Origin: Prochlorococcus marinus subsp. pastoris str. CCMP1986
GTDB lineage: Bacteria; Cyanobacteriota; Cyanobacteriia; PCC-6307; Cyanobiaceae
Assembly: GCF_000011465.1 (NCBI RefSeq)
Contig: NC_005072.1
Location: 510,001 to 542,000, forward strand
Direction: 5' to 3'
DNA: 32,000 nucleotides
Below are positions 20,911 through 31,134 of the stretch, in pieces (the first letter of the stretch is position 1; every line of letters begins with the position of its first letter). The notes under the pieces are model-generated. The model ran no database searches. It was not told the DNA's origin and saw nothing but the letters and a program-made list of their open reading frames with translations. The position numbers and the translations under genes were made by a program.

Positions 20911-21546
20911 TTATCCTCTTTTTTCGATATCTATAATCGTATCAATATCTATTTTTCGATGAAGGAAGTCATATTTTAAGTCAATTGAAGAAAGGTTTTT
21001 AATAGTTTGTTCAAGGACGTCTTCTCTACCCCATTTAATGTTTATAAAGGGTAAATATAGATTAGCAGATAATAATCTTTCAGAAAAAGCAATAAGCCAA
21101 TATCCTCCATCATTTGAGGGGCCTAAAATCAGATCATTTTTTTTAAGTTTTGAAAGAGTATTTAATAAATCCATATGACAAAAATCTGGAAGATCAGTCC
21201 CTATAAAAATAATATTTCTTTTTTTTTTTAAACTATTTTTTTTTTCTATAAGAATTTGCCTTCTCATCTTTTCTCCTAAACATCCTTTACCTTGTAATTT
21301 AAAGTTTTTAATTCCTAATTCATTACTCCACCTTTTACTATTTTTTAATCCTAGTCCAGATATGGCTAAGGAAATATCAATCAAACCTTTATTCTCCAGA
21401 AATTTCGCAACTGAAACAGTATGAACTGTCATTTTTTTCTGCACTTTTGCAGAACTAATTTTCCCTATATCTTTTGATAATCTATTTTTGCAACGACCAT
21501 AAGCATGCCACTTAGTCATCACTATGAGTAGTGCTTTATCCAACAA
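20911..21546 (-). CDS. DUF2064 / TIGR04282-like glycosyltransferase family protein
   Basis: 211-aa ORF: GRCKNRLSKDIG, IIFIGTDLPDF, ILGPSNDGGYWLIAF. Confidence 0.82.
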   Translation of the reverse strand: MLDKALLIVMTKWHAYGRCKNRLSKDIGKISSAKVQKKMTVHTVSVAKFLENKGLIDISLAISGLGLKNSKRWSNELGIKNFKLQGKGCLGEKMRRQILIEKKNSLKKKRNIIFIGTDLPDFCHMDLLNTLSKLKKNDLILGPSNDGGYWLIAFSERLLSANLYLPFINIKWGREDVLEQTIKNLSSIDLKYDFLHRKIDIDTIIDIEKRG

Positions 21547-21715
21547 AACATAAACAAGGTGTAATTATTATAAGGTTTAGGCAATTAATAGATTTCACTT
21601 TTTTAAAATTTATAATCTGTATTGTTAATAAATTTTAAATTTATCATGATCTTATGATTTGAGACTGACCAATTAATAAATTCCCACTAGATTAAATATC
21701 TATTGAAAAAATTTA

Positions 21716-23107
21716 GTGCAAGCAGCCAATCCTATTTGGGCAGAAGTTCAACAATTACTTCAAAAGAATTTAAGCAAGCCTTCTTTCGAAACTTGGATAA
21801 GGCCAGCAAAATTTAATTGTTTTGAAAATGGATTGTTAACTCTGATTACTCCAAATAACTTTACAAGTGATTGGCTAAGAAAAAATTATAGTGAAACTAT
21901 TGAAAAAGCTGCAGAAGAAATTTGTGGACATAATGTAAAAGTAGTTTTTAAGTCTGAAACTAATATCAACAACAATTCAAATTCTTCTGATTCAGTTAGC
22001 CAGCAAAATATTAATTCTCAATCAAAATCATTTTCAATAAATCAGAGTAATAATTTAATTAATAGATCAAAAAAATCTCATTCTTTAAATACACGTTATG
22101 TCTTTAAAAGATTTGTTGTAGGTCCTAATAGTCGAATGGCCCATGCTGCAGCTTTAGCAGTGGCAGAATCTCCGGGAAGAGAATTTAATCCCTTATTTAT
22201 TTGTGGTGGTGTCGGTCTTGGAAAGACTCACTTGATGCAAGCTGTTGGTCATTATCGAGTAGAAATTGATCCAGATGCGAAAGTTTTATATGTCTCCACT
22301 GAAACTTTCAGCAGTGATTTAATTCAATCTATTAGAAAAGATGGAATGCATGCCTTTAAAAATAAATATAGATCAGTAGATCTATTATTAATTGACGATA
22401 TACAATTCTTGGAGGGGAAGGAATATACACAAGAAGAATTTTTTAATACTTTCAATGCTTTATATGAAGCGGGTAAACAAATCGTTATTGCAAGTGATAG
22501 GCCTCCTAGTCAAATACCTAAATTACAAGAAAGGCTAATTTCAAGATTCTCAATGGGATTAATTGCAGATATTCAACCTCCTGATATAGAGACAAGAATG
22601 GCGATTCTGCAGAAAAAAGCTGAACAAGAAAGAATGAATCTCCCAAGAGATTTGATTCAATTTATCGCAGGAAGATTTTCTTCAAATATTCGAGAATTAG
22701 AGGGAGCCTTTACTAGGGCAGTGGCTTTTGCCTCAATAACTGGATTACCTATGACAGTTCAATCAATTGCTCCAATGCTTGATCCAAATAGCGTTGGAGT
22801 AGTAGTGACTCCTAAGCAGGTAATTAAAAAAGTCTCAGATTTCTTTGAAGTTTCAGCTGAAGAATTAGTTAGTTCAAGCAGAAGAAAGCCAGTCAGCCAG
22901 GCAAGGCAAATAGGCATGTATCTAATGAGGCAGGGAACTGATCTAAGCCTTCCGAAAATTGGAGATGAATTTGGAGGTAAAGACCATACAACAGTTATGT
23001 ATGCTATTGAGCAAGTGGAAAAAAAATTGTCAAGTGATCCAAATGTTGCCAGTCAAGTTCAAAAAATAAAAGATTTACTTCAAATAGATTCAAGAAAAAA
23101 TTTATAA
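21716..23107 (+). CDS. dnaA: Chromosomal replication initiator protein DnaA
   Basis: 463-aa ORF: [53 protein letters not shown]-type C-terminal signature. Confidence 0.98.
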   Translation: MQAANPIWAEVQQLLQKNLSKPSFETWIRPAKFNCFENGLLTLITPNNFTSDWLRKNYSETIEKAAEEICGHNVKVVFKSETNINNNSNSSDSVSQQNINSQSKSFSINQSNNLINRSKKSHSLNTRYVFKRFVVGPNSRMAHAAALAVAESPGREFNPLFICGGVGLGKTHLMQAVGHYRVEIDPDAKVLYVSTETFSSDLIQSIRKDGMHAFKNKYRSVDLLLIDDIQFLEGKEYTQEEFFNTFNALYEAGKQIVIASDRPPSQIPKLQERLISRFSMGLIADIQPPDIETRMAILQKKAEQERMNLPRDLIQFIAGRFSSNIRELEGAFTRAVAFASITGLPMTVQSIAPMLDPNSVGVVVTPKQVIKKVSDFFEVSAEELVSSSRRKPVSQARQIGMYLMRQGTDLSLPKIGDEFGGKDHTTVMYAIEQVEKKLSSDPNVASQVQKIKDLLQIDSRKNL

Positions 23108-24340
23108 TCTTTTTTTTAATATAAATCTGGCAGGATCTTGATCATATCTATGTTTTTCTGGAATCTTATCGATTTTGGTATTAAGATTCGTTGACTCAAT
23201 TTTATTTAAAGATTGTCTTAATATCCTTGCAGAAATTACAGGCATATCTCTTGGCACAGAAATTCTATTTTTTAAGTAGTTGATAGATGTAGCTGCCTTT
23301 TTGGGAACTTCATTGATTTCGGAGGTAATCATATGGGTAAGAGCAGCCCTTAATGATTCCTCAAATAAGTCTTTTTCATAAGGATTAGCGTTAATAATAT
23401 TGTCTTTATGTTTTAGAACTCTTTTAAGTGCAAATTTAGCGTAATAACCCAAGTCAATATCTTGATTAAATTCCAAGTTCCCTAGCCCTTCTCCTACATC
23501 TATTAGATTAGAAAAGGAAATTTGTTGATCATTAACATCCTTAAAGCAGCCACCCATTTGAGGAGGTAGATCATGGGAATGAGTATGAAAATCACCTTGA
23601 GTACCTCTATATGCACTGAAATTTTCAAAAAGGGTTAACCATCTATCAATAAAAGGATAACTATTTCTTAAATCGAACCCCTTGTAATAACTTAATGAAG
23701 CATTCATTCTTTCCATATATGGAATAAAAATTATGTCTCCAGTACCTGGCTCTAATTTTTCTGAATCATGTATTGGTGAATCAATAAACCCTGTTTTGGA
23801 TAAACTTAATATTTTTTCTAATTTGCAAATAGATTCTCTAAATTTTTTTTTTCGAAAGGATAAATCTAAATAACTAAAGCTTTTTCTGCAAAGCCAATTA
23901 CACCATGATCTAAAAATTTCTCTTTCTAAATTTCTAACTTCTCCAATATCCTTTGATAATAGAGAGGAACCAAGTGTTCCATATTCATTTTCTAAAAAAG
24001 TGATAATGTTATCACTTTCAGTTATTATCTTGCCATTCAATTCTATCGCAGGCAATTTACCAGAACTTACTTTGTTGAGATACCACTTTTCTTTTTGGCC
24101 ATAACAATACATATTTATTTTCTTCACTTTGTAAGGAATCCTTTTGAATTCAAGCCATAACCATATTTTTTGACAGTAAGGGCACCAAGAATGTCGATCT
24201 CTATAGAAAATCAGTTCGACTTCTTTTTCGCAATGGCCAAATAATCTTAAGTTTGAATAAGAATTATTTATCCCATTAACTCTATCAATATCATCAATTT
24301 TGAATTTACTTAAATCAGCCCAACTCAAGATGTTATTCAT
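23102..24340 (-). CDS. Glutathione S-transferase family protein
   Basis: 412-aa ORF with glutaredoxin/GST-like N-terminus [47 protein letters not shown]. Confidence 0.82.
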   Translation of the reverse strand: MNNILSWADLSKFKIDDIDRVNGINNSYSNLRLFGHCEKEVELIFYRDRHSWCPYCQKIWLWLEFKRIPYKVKKINMYCYGQKEKWYLNKVSSGKLPAIELNGKIITESDNIITFLENEYGTLGSSLLSKDIGEVRNLEREIFRSWCNWLCRKSFSYLDLSFRKKKFRESICKLEKILSLSKTGFIDSPIHDSEKLEPGTGDIIFIPYMERMNASLSYYKGFDLRNSYPFIDRWLTLFENFSAYRGTQGDFHTHSHDLPPQMGGCFKDVNDQQISFSNLIDVGEGLGNLEFNQDIDLGYYAKFALKRVLKHKDNIINANPYEKDLFEESLRAALTHMITSEINEVPKKAATSINYLKNRISVPRDMPVISARILRQSLNKIESTNLNTKIDKIPEKHRYDQDPARFILKKRL

Positions 24341-24376
24341 TTATTGAATTTAAGCTTTATATTTACGATATAATAA

Positions 24377-25756
24377 ATGATTTTAAAGGTTTTGGAATTC
24401 GAATTTGACTTAATTGTTTTGGGTGCTGGTTCGGGAGGATTGGCTGCCGCAAAACGAGCTGCGAGTTATGGCGCAAAAGTTGCAATAATTGAGGTAAACA
24501 AAATTGGAGGGACCTGCGTTATTCGAGGTTGCGTGCCAAAAAAATTGATGGTTTATGCTGCTAATAATAGAAGAAATATGTTGTCTTCAGAAGGTTATGG
24601 GTTAATAAGCAAAGAAATAACTTTTGAATCAAACATTTTACTGAAAAATGTGAGAGAAGAAGTTTCTAGATTAAGTGTTTTACATTCAAATTCTTTAAAA
24701 AAATTAAACGTTAAAGTTTTTGAGGGCCTTGGAAGATTTTTAAATCAAAATACAGTAGAAGTAGTTTGTCCAAAAACAAAAAATATTTTAAGAAAAGTAA
24801 GTGCCAAAAGTATTCTTATTTCAGTTGGTGGCAAACCAAAAAAATTAAATATTCCTGGAACAGATTTTGCGTGGACCAGCGATGATATTTTTGAATTAAA
24901 AGATTTTCCTAAGAAATTGTTAATAGTTGGGGGAGGTTATATTGCCTGTGAATTTGCATCTATTTTTAAAAACTTAGGCACTGAAGTTACTCAATTAATA
25001 AGAGGTGAGAACTTGTTAAATGGTTTTGATAAAGACTTGTCTGAATGTTTAGAAAAATCAATGACTTCCTTAGGTATAAATTTAAAATTCAAAAATCAGT
25101 TAAAGTCCATTAAAAAGATAAATGATGGTCTAGAGTCGACTTTGGAATCAGGAAGTAAATTATTAACCGATAATATACTTGTTGCAACTGGACGAGAGCC
25201 ATCTCTTAAAAGATTAAATTTAGATACTTTAAATCTTAAAATGGATGGAATATATTTAGAAGTTAATGAGCTTAATAAGACAAGTATTTCTAATATATTT
25301 GCTATTGGAGATATAGTAAAAAGACCAAATTTAACACCTGTAGCAATTGAACAAGGGAGAGTTTTTGCAGATAATTATTTCGCTGCTCTTAAAAGAAAAG
25401 TTAATTATGAAAATATTCCTAAGGCAGTCTTTACTATCCCAGAAATTTCAACAGTTGGACTTAGTGAGGAAAAGGCAAATGAAATTTATTCGGAAGTAAA
25501 TGTGCAAGTTTTTAAATGTAATTTTACGCCTATGTCTAATACCTTTAAAAAGAATAAATCTAAATGCATGTTAAAACTTGTGGTCAATAAAAAAAATGAT
25601 AAGGTCCTAGGCTGCCATATGTTTGGAGAAGCAGCCTCTGAGATTATACAAATGGTTGCAGTATCTTTAAATACAGGGATTACTAAAAAGGATTTTGATA
25701 CTACTATGGCGTTGCATCCTACTATTTCAGAGGAATTTGTAACTATGTACGGGTAA
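24377..25756 (+). CDS. gor: Glutathione reductase (NADPH)
   Basis: 459-aa ORF: LGAGSGGLAAAKRAASYGAKVAIIE, GGTCVIRGCVPKKLMVYA, ALHPTISEEFVTM. Confidence 0.93.
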   Translation: MILKVLEFEFDLIVLGAGSGGLAAAKRAASYGAKVAIIEVNKIGGTCVIRGCVPKKLMVYAANNRRNMLSSEGYGLISKEITFESNILLKNVREEVSRLSVLHSNSLKKLNVKVFEGLGRFLNQNTVEVVCPKTKNILRKVSAKSILISVGGKPKKLNIPGTDFAWTSDDIFELKDFPKKLLIVGGGYIACEFASIFKNLGTEVTQLIRGENLLNGFDKDLSECLEKSMTSLGINLKFKNQLKSIKKINDGLESTLESGSKLLTDNILVATGREPSLKRLNLDTLNLKMDGIYLEVNELNKTSISNIFAIGDIVKRPNLTPVAIEQGRVFADNYFAALKRKVNYENIPKAVFTIPEISTVGLSEEKANEIYSEVNVQVFKCNFTPMSNTFKKNKSKCMLKLVVNKKNDKVLGCHMFGEAASEIIQMVAVSLNTGITKKDFDTTMALHPTISEEFVTMYG

Positions 25757-25761
25757 TTAAA

Positions 25762-26841
25762 TTATCTTCTTGTTGTTTTGAGACTTTCTTGGGCAAAAAG
25801 GAATACTGTTAAAAATGCAAAATAAACAAAAATACAAACTCTCAATTCATAGAGATTGTCAAATCCGTTTAAGAAAAATATTTTATCAACGATGTAGAAA
25901 ATATATAGATTTAAAAGTATAAAGCCTTCAGTTCTTGTAATTTTACCCTTGGTCCAAAAGATTGGGAGGCAAGCAAAAGTCGTTAAAACCATAAATGGTA
26001 AGTCAACTTTTATAAGACTTTCATCAATTGTAAAACCTTTTAATCCAGAAAAAATACTGCAACTTCCAAGAATAAGTAGCTGATTAAGCAAATTGCTTCC
26101 AATAACATTACCAATTGCAAGATCTGTTTTACCTTTTAATGCTGCAATTATTGAAGTAACTAGTTCTGGCAGAGAGGTACCAGTCGCAACTATAGTTAGA
26201 CCAATAATAATTTCATTTACCCCCAATAGAGTCGCTAAGGATTGAGAACCATTTACTAAAATATTTGAACCAAAGCTTAGAAGTAAAATTCCAGATATTA
26301 ATTTCAATATAATATTAAATTTAACTTTCTCAATGCCTGGAGACTCTTCTATCTCTGGCTCAGCTTTTTTAGTATCCTCCTCATTTTCCTTTATAGTATT
26401 TATTTCCCAAATTGTATTTAAAGTTAAACAAAATATCAGAAAAATTCCTGCTTGCCAAGTTAAAAGACCAGTTGAAGACATTGCCCAGACTGCACATGAA
26501 ATAGCTATTAAAAGAGGTACATCTCTTCGGACAATTCTACTTTTTACTTTTAAAGGGGTTATCAATGAGCTTATACCTAAGACAACAAGAACATTAAAAA
26601 TATTGCTTCCTATTACATTACTTGCTGCGAGTGAGTCACTCCCCTTAAAGGTTGAATTTAAACTTACTAATAATTCAGGAGAACTTGTCCCTAAGGAAAC
26701 TACGGTCAATCCTATTACTATTTGAGGTATCCCTAAAATTAAAGATAAAGAAATCGCCCCTTGAATGAATAATTCTCCACCTGCAAAAAGTAATATTATT
26801 CCAATTATGATCTCTATTATTGGCAATATAAATTCACTCAT
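25762..26841 (-). CDS. Calcium/sodium (CaCA family) antiporter
   Basis: 359-aa membrane protein with duplicated alpha repeats VVSLGTSSPELLVSL...AASNVIGSNIFNVLVV and IVATGTSLPELVTSI...AIGNVIGSNLLNQLLI. Confidence 0.9.
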   Translation of the reverse strand: MSEFILPIIEIIIGIILLFAGGELFIQGAISLSLILGIPQIVIGLTVVSLGTSSPELLVSLNSTFKGSDSLAASNVIGSNIFNVLVVLGISSLITPLKVKSRIVRRDVPLLIAISCAVWAMSSTGLLTWQAGIFLIFCLTLNTIWEINTIKENEEDTKKAEPEIEESPGIEKVKFNIILKLISGILLLSFGSNILVNGSQSLATLLGVNEIIIGLTIVATGTSLPELVTSIIAALKGKTDLAIGNVIGSNLLNQLLILGSCSIFSGLKGFTIDESLIKVDLPFMVLTTFACLPIFWTKGKITRTEGFILLNLYIFYIVDKIFFLNGFDNLYELRVCIFVYFAFLTVFLFAQESLKTTRR

Positions 26842-26948
26842 ATTTAAAAGACTTCTTTACATGATTATATCTTTAATTGATTCAATAACTTTCTGAAAAC
26901 TATTGTCAAATTTTATTTGCTGTTAAAATTAATTAAATAATTAAAATT

Positions 26949-27998
26949 TTGAAAGAATTAACTATATCAAAACCGGATGATTGGCATTTACATTTAAGGG
27001 AAGGCATTGTTTTAAAAAATATTATTAGGTTTACATCTCAATATTTTGGTAGGGCTATTGTGATGCCAAACACCAAAAACCCAATAACATCTATAGAAAA
27101 ATGTATTTCTTATAAAAATTCTATATTTGAAGCATTGTCTAATAATTCTACATTTGAGCCATTAATGACGATATATCTTACGGACGAGACAATAAAACAT
27201 GAATTAGTAGAAGGTTTTAAAAATAAAGTTTTCTTTGCTGCCAAATTGTATCCTGCTAATGCAACAACAAATTCCAGACATGGAGTTAAAAAAATAGAAA
27301 ATCTTTATGAAATTTTTGAAGTTATGCAAGAACTTGGAATGCCACTTTTAATTCATGGAGAAGTCACTGACCCTGAAGTAGATATTTTTGATAGGGAAGA
27401 AGTTTTTATTGATAAAGAACTTTCACCTTTAATACAACAATTCCCAAGATTAAAGATTGTTTTAGAGCATATAACTACCTCTTATGCAGTTGATTTTGTT
27501 CAGAGGAATAACTTAGGAGCTACTATTACTCCACATCATTTACACATAAATAGAAATGCAATGTTCTTTGGAGGTTTAAATAGTGACTTTTACTGCTTAC
27601 CAGTCGCAAAGAGAGAAAACAATAGAATTGCTTTAAGGAAAGCTGCTACTAGTGGAAAAGAATGTTTTTTCATAGGCACGGATTCTGCTCCTCACTTAAG
27701 ACAGTGGAAAGCTTTTTGTGGTTGTGCAGGCATTTTTAATTCTCCAGTAGCAATAGAAAGCTATTTAAAAGTTTTTGAGGAGGAAAATGCACTTAATCAA
27801 TTCGAAAAATTTGCCAGCTTGAATGGGCCTAATTTTTATAATCTACCTATTAATAACGAAAAAATTAGATTGGTATCAAGGTCAAATAAAATTCCAGAAT
27901 TTATTGAAGTAATTGAACAAAATAAGGTTGTTGGACAAATAAAACCATTTCATGGAGGTGAAACTTTAACTTGGCGAGTAGAGGGAGTTGTTAAATAA
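26949..27998 (+). CDS. pyrC: Dihydroorotase
   Basis: 349-aa ORF (TTG start): DDWHLHLREG, VMPNT, LHIHGEV-type (LLIHGEVTD), GTDSAPH motifs. Confidence 0.94.
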   Translation: MKELTISKPDDWHLHLREGIVLKNIIRFTSQYFGRAIVMPNTKNPITSIEKCISYKNSIFEALSNNSTFEPLMTIYLTDETIKHELVEGFKNKVFFAAKLYPANATTNSRHGVKKIENLYEIFEVMQELGMPLLIHGEVTDPEVDIFDREEVFIDKELSPLIQQFPRLKIVLEHITTSYAVDFVQRNNLGATITPHHLHINRNAMFFGGLNSDFYCLPVAKRENNRIALRKAATSGKECFFIGTDSAPHLRQWKAFCGCAGIFNSPVAIESYLKVFEEENALNQFEKFASLNGPNFYNLPINNEKIRLVSRSNKIPEFIEVIEQNKVVGQIKPFHGGETLTWRVEGVVK

Positions 27999-28179
27999 AA
28001 AATTAAATATCACATACTAATAACAGAAAAATATGATTATGTCATTTTTTCATAAATGATTAATTTAATGATTGAAAGATATAATCCCATCTCAATATTC
28101 CGAGAAAATGTAAATATTCACATTTTTCTTGGTTTATTAAGATACTTTCGGCTACGATTAAAAAGCGCAAATTCCTCTT

Positions 28180-28265
28180 GGGAGTGTGGCGGAATTGGTA
28201 GACGCGCCGGACTTAAAATCCGTCGAGCGCTTTAGCTCGTGGGGGTTCAAGTCCCCCCACTCCCA
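28180..28265 (+). tRNA. tRNA-Leu (anticodon UAA)
   Basis: GGGAGTG (28180-28186) pairs with CACTCCC (28258-28264); anticodon loop CTTAAAA gives TAA; long class-II variable arm CGAGCGCTTTAGCTCG; T-arm GGGGGTTCAAGTCCCCC. No intron in the anticodon loop. Confidence 0.97.
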
Positions 28266-28344
28266 TTCTTAATCTATTTAATTTTAGTTCTTACGATAAC
28301 TTTTAATAGTTGTTATGTTTTAACTAAATAAACCAGAAATTTAA

Positions 28345-28578
28345 ATGGAAAGTATTTTTAATAATTCATTTGCTACTTTAGTTGCCTACGTAGGGATTGT
28401 TTCTATTTATTTATTGGTTATTCCGTTAATACTTTTTTACTGGATGAATAATAGATGGAACGTTATGGGCAAATTTGAGAGATTAATAGTTTATGGATTA
28501 GTATTTCTTTTCTTTCCAGGTTTAATTTTATTTTCTCCATTTTTAAATCTAAGATTAAGAGGAGATAGCAAAGGTTAA
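28345..28578 (+). CDS. ndhL: NAD(P)H-quinone oxidoreductase subunit L
   Basis: 77-aa membrane protein: [38 protein letters not shown]. Confidence 0.9.
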   Translation: MESIFNNSFATLVAYVGIVSIYLLVIPLILFYWMNNRWNVMGKFERLIVYGLVFLFFPGLILFSPFLNLRLRGDSKG

Positions 28579-28581
28579 ATT

Positions 28582-28902
28582 TTGACTAAAGGTAAGGTTG
28601 TACAAATAGGTTTATTAATCTCATTATTAGGATTATTAAGTTATAAATTAGCGCCACAATTGGGTATCGATAACTTTACAGCTAGCACAATCTCTAACTT
28701 TGTTTTGATTGTGATTGTCATAAGTTGGGTTACATCTTATGTTCTTAGAGTTTTAAACGGAAAAATGACTTTTATGGAACAAAGGAAGCGCTATAGAAAA
28801 GAGTATGAAAAAATTGTGAATGATAAACTAGAAACCAAATTTAACTTATTACCAAAAGAAGAGCAGGAAAAACTAATGGAAGATTTAGAAAAAAATCCAT
28901 AA
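28582..28902 (+). CDS. DUF3007-like conserved cyanobacterial membrane protein
   Basis: 106-aa ORF with two TM segments and TFMEQRKRYRKEYEK...LPKEEQEKLMEDLE tail, 4 nt downstream of ndhL. Confidence 0.78.
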   Translation: MTKGKVVQIGLLISLLGLLSYKLAPQLGIDNFTASTISNFVLIVIVISWVTSYVLRVLNGKMTFMEQRKRYRKEYEKIVNDKLETKFNLLPKEEQEKLMEDLEKNP

Positions 28903-28940
28903 ACTATTTAAAAATTATCAAATAAAAATCTCAAAAATTC

Positions 28941-29780
28941 ATGAAAGAAAACAAGAAAACGCAATTTCCTATAAATAAAACTTTATCAAAAATAAATAAG
29001 AAGTTTTTGGAACTAAAGAAAAGCGATAAATTAGCATTGATGCCCTTCATAATGGCAGGCGATCCTAATATTGAGACTACATCCGAGATTTTATTAAAGT
29101 TGCAAGAAAAGGGTGCAGATCTTATTGAATTAGGAATCCCTTATAGCGACCCTCTTGCTGATGGCCCAATAATTCAATTATCAGCTTCTAGAGCATTAAA
29201 GTCAGGAACTACATTGAAAAATGTTATTCAATTATTAGAGTCTTTAAAAGATAAGTTGCATATTCCAATAATACTTTTCACTTATTTTAATCCTGTATTA
29301 AATTTTGGACTTGAGAATTTTTGTGAATTGGCATCTAAAGTAGGAGTCTCAGGATTAATAATTCCCGATCTTCCTTTGGAAGAAGCATATAAATTTTCAG
29401 AAATAATTAGTTCTTATTCTATAGACTTGATATTATTAGTTGCTCCTACTACTCCCTCTGAAAGAATGAAAATTATATCTAATAATACAAAAGGTTTTAC
29501 TTATTTAGTAAGCGTAACAGGAGTAACTGGAGAGAGAAACAAAATGGAAAATAGAGTAGAGAATCTTATTACTAAATTACAAGAAATAAGCATTAATCCT
29601 GTAGCGGTTGGTTTTGGAATATCTTCTCCTGAACATGTTAATAAAGTTCGTAAATGGGGGGCAGATGGAGTAATTATTGGTAGTGCATTTGTTAAAAGAA
29701 TCTCTAATAGTAATGAAAAGGAAGTTGTTAATCAAATTGGTAAATTTTGTGAAGAAATGCGTAAAGCTGCTGATCAATAA
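28941..29780 (+). CDS. trpA: Tryptophan synthase alpha subunit
   Basis: 279-aa ORF: ELGIPYSDPLADGPIIQ, GLIIPDLPLEE, GFGISSPEHV, GVIIGSAFVK. Confidence 0.97.
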   Translation: MKENKKTQFPINKTLSKINKKFLELKKSDKLALMPFIMAGDPNIETTSEILLKLQEKGADLIELGIPYSDPLADGPIIQLSASRALKSGTTLKNVIQLLESLKDKLHIPIILFTYFNPVLNFGLENFCELASKVGVSGLIIPDLPLEEAYKFSEIISSYSIDLILLVAPTTPSERMKIISNNTKGFTYLVSVTGVTGERNKMENRVENLITKLQEISINPVAVGFGISSPEHVNKVRKWGADGVIIGSAFVKRISNSNEKEVVNQIGKFCEEMRKAADQ

Positions 29781-29824
29781 ATGTAATTAAAAAAGTAATT
29801 TTGTATGTTTATTTTATTAAAAAA

Positions 29825-29841
29825 CCCCTTATGAAAAGGGG
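29825..29841. terminator. Intrinsic terminator hairpin between convergent trpA and cyAbrB
   Basis: CCCCTT (29825-29830), loop ATGAA, AAGGGG (29836-29841); on the minus strand followed directly by six T. Confidence 0.8.
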
Positions 29842-29878
29842 CTTTAATTCTTATAATTAGAATAATATTTTATGGGAA

Positions 29879-30228
29879 TTATTCCGAGGGTAATAATCTT
29901 ATTTGTTTTCTCCCAAGCTTTATTTCAAACTCATCACCTGCTTTTAAGTCTAAAAGTGCTGTATATGCTTTCCCAATCAAAAGATTCCCATTACCTTGAA
30001 CTGTCGCTATATAACTTAACTTTCTACCGCCCTTACCAATACCAGCAACTCCGGTATCTCCGAGGTTAACGCCTTTTGCTTCAAGAAGTGCTTCATAAAA
30101 AGCAGTGAAATTTAAACGTTCGCTTCCATTTTTTTCGTGGAAACGTATCCACATTTACGAACAAGATCTGACTTGCTAACATCACCAAGTTCTTTAACTT
30201 TAGCAAGGAGATCGCTACCACTTAGCAT
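29879..30228 (-). CDS. cyAbrB-family transcriptional regulator with an apparent -1 frameshift at an A7 tract
   Basis: ATG at 30228 reads MLSGSDLLAKVKELGDVSKSDLVRKCGYVSTKK, then shifts at T7 (30129-30135 on + strand). The other frame continues NGSERLNFTAFYEALLEAKGVNLG...RKQIRLLPSE*. The two pieces together make a full cyAbrB-like protein. Confidence 0.85.
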
Positions 30229-30324
30229 AATAAATTAATAAAAAGTTATTCTTAAATAACATAGCAATTAGTGAGTAATTTGTGCAATTATTAAGCATGT
30301 ATTTATTCAATTAGTTATCTTTTA

Positions 30325-30597
30325 ATGATGGAAAAATTTATAGTATTTGGGAAGTATTGTGACGATGCAATTAACAAAAGGGAACCATTTCGTAAAAATC
30401 ATCTTGATAGACTTGGGGATTTAAAAGATAGAAACATTTTAATTACTTTAGGACCTACTAAATGTACAAAATATTTATTTGGTATTTTTAACGCTAATAA
30501 TGAAAATGAATTAAGACAATTAATTGAGAAAGATATTTATTGGAAGGAAGGTATATGGATTGATTTTGATATTTATCCATGGATCCAAGCATTTTAA
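30325..30597 (+). CDS. YCII-related domain protein
   Basis: 90-aa ORF: FIVFGKYCDDAINKREPFRKNHLDRLGDLKDRNILITLGPT. Confidence 0.8.
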   Translation: MMEKFIVFGKYCDDAINKREPFRKNHLDRLGDLKDRNILITLGPTKCTKYLFGIFNANNENELRQLIEKDIYWKEGIWIDFDIYPWIQAF

Positions 30598-30813
30598 AAA
30601 AGTATATATATTAAAAAACGATAATCTTTTAGCTAATTTTATTTATAATTAGAATGTCAATTATTTTTTAAAATTGTAAAAATAAGGTTTTTATTTATAG
30701 AAAAAATTAAAAATAAATAATAGAATTTTCAATAAAAAATGTTTCTTAAACACTATGTATATATGGTTATTTAAGTTAGTTTTTAAATAAAAAAATTGCT
30801 AAGTTTAAATATT

Positions 30814-31134
30814 TTATTTACTACTGTCTTTTTTTATTTGGTTCACTAGGGAGTCGATATCTAATTGATTATATGGGTGGGTTTCTTTTATTCCTTGAGA
30901 ATTTGTCGGAATATTGTTTAGCCAATTTTGTTCTATCTTTATGAGATTTTTAACAACATTGAAAATACCTCCTTTTTTATAAAATTCTTTAACTTTTTGG
31001 GAGATTTCGGAGGTTCGGCTTGATTTGAGATTTAATTCATTAGCTAGATCTTTTTGTGTATATCCATGGGATTTTAACCAATCTTTAATAAAAGATATAA
31101 GTTCTTTCTCTTCTCCCTGTGATAGTTTACTCAT
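30814..31134 (-). CDS. Helix-turn-helix (XRE/HigA-like) domain protein
   Basis: 106-aa ORF with GYTQKDLANELNLKSSRTSEISQKV HTH; start overlaps the upstream gene's stop by 4 nt. Confidence 0.7.
   Translation of the reverse strand: MSKLSQGEEKELISFIKDWLKSHGYTQKDLANELNLKSSRTSEISQKVKEFYKKGGIFNVVKNLIKIEQNWLNNIPTNSQGIKETHPYNQLDIDSLVNQIKKDSSK

Noticed and set aside
26333-26725. 130-aa + ORF antisense to the CaCA antiporter
   Set aside because: Long but fully antisense to conserved alpha-repeat coding sequence; no recognisable domain.
28105-28126. AAAATGT-AAATATTC-ACATTTT inverted repeat downstream of pyrC
   Set aside because: AT-only short stem likely to occur by chance in this genome; at best a weak terminator, not listed as a feature.
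29577-30069. ORFs 29577-29777 (-) inside trpA and 29872-30069 (+) antisense to cyAbrB
   Set aside because: Both antisense to real genes; low-complexity translations.
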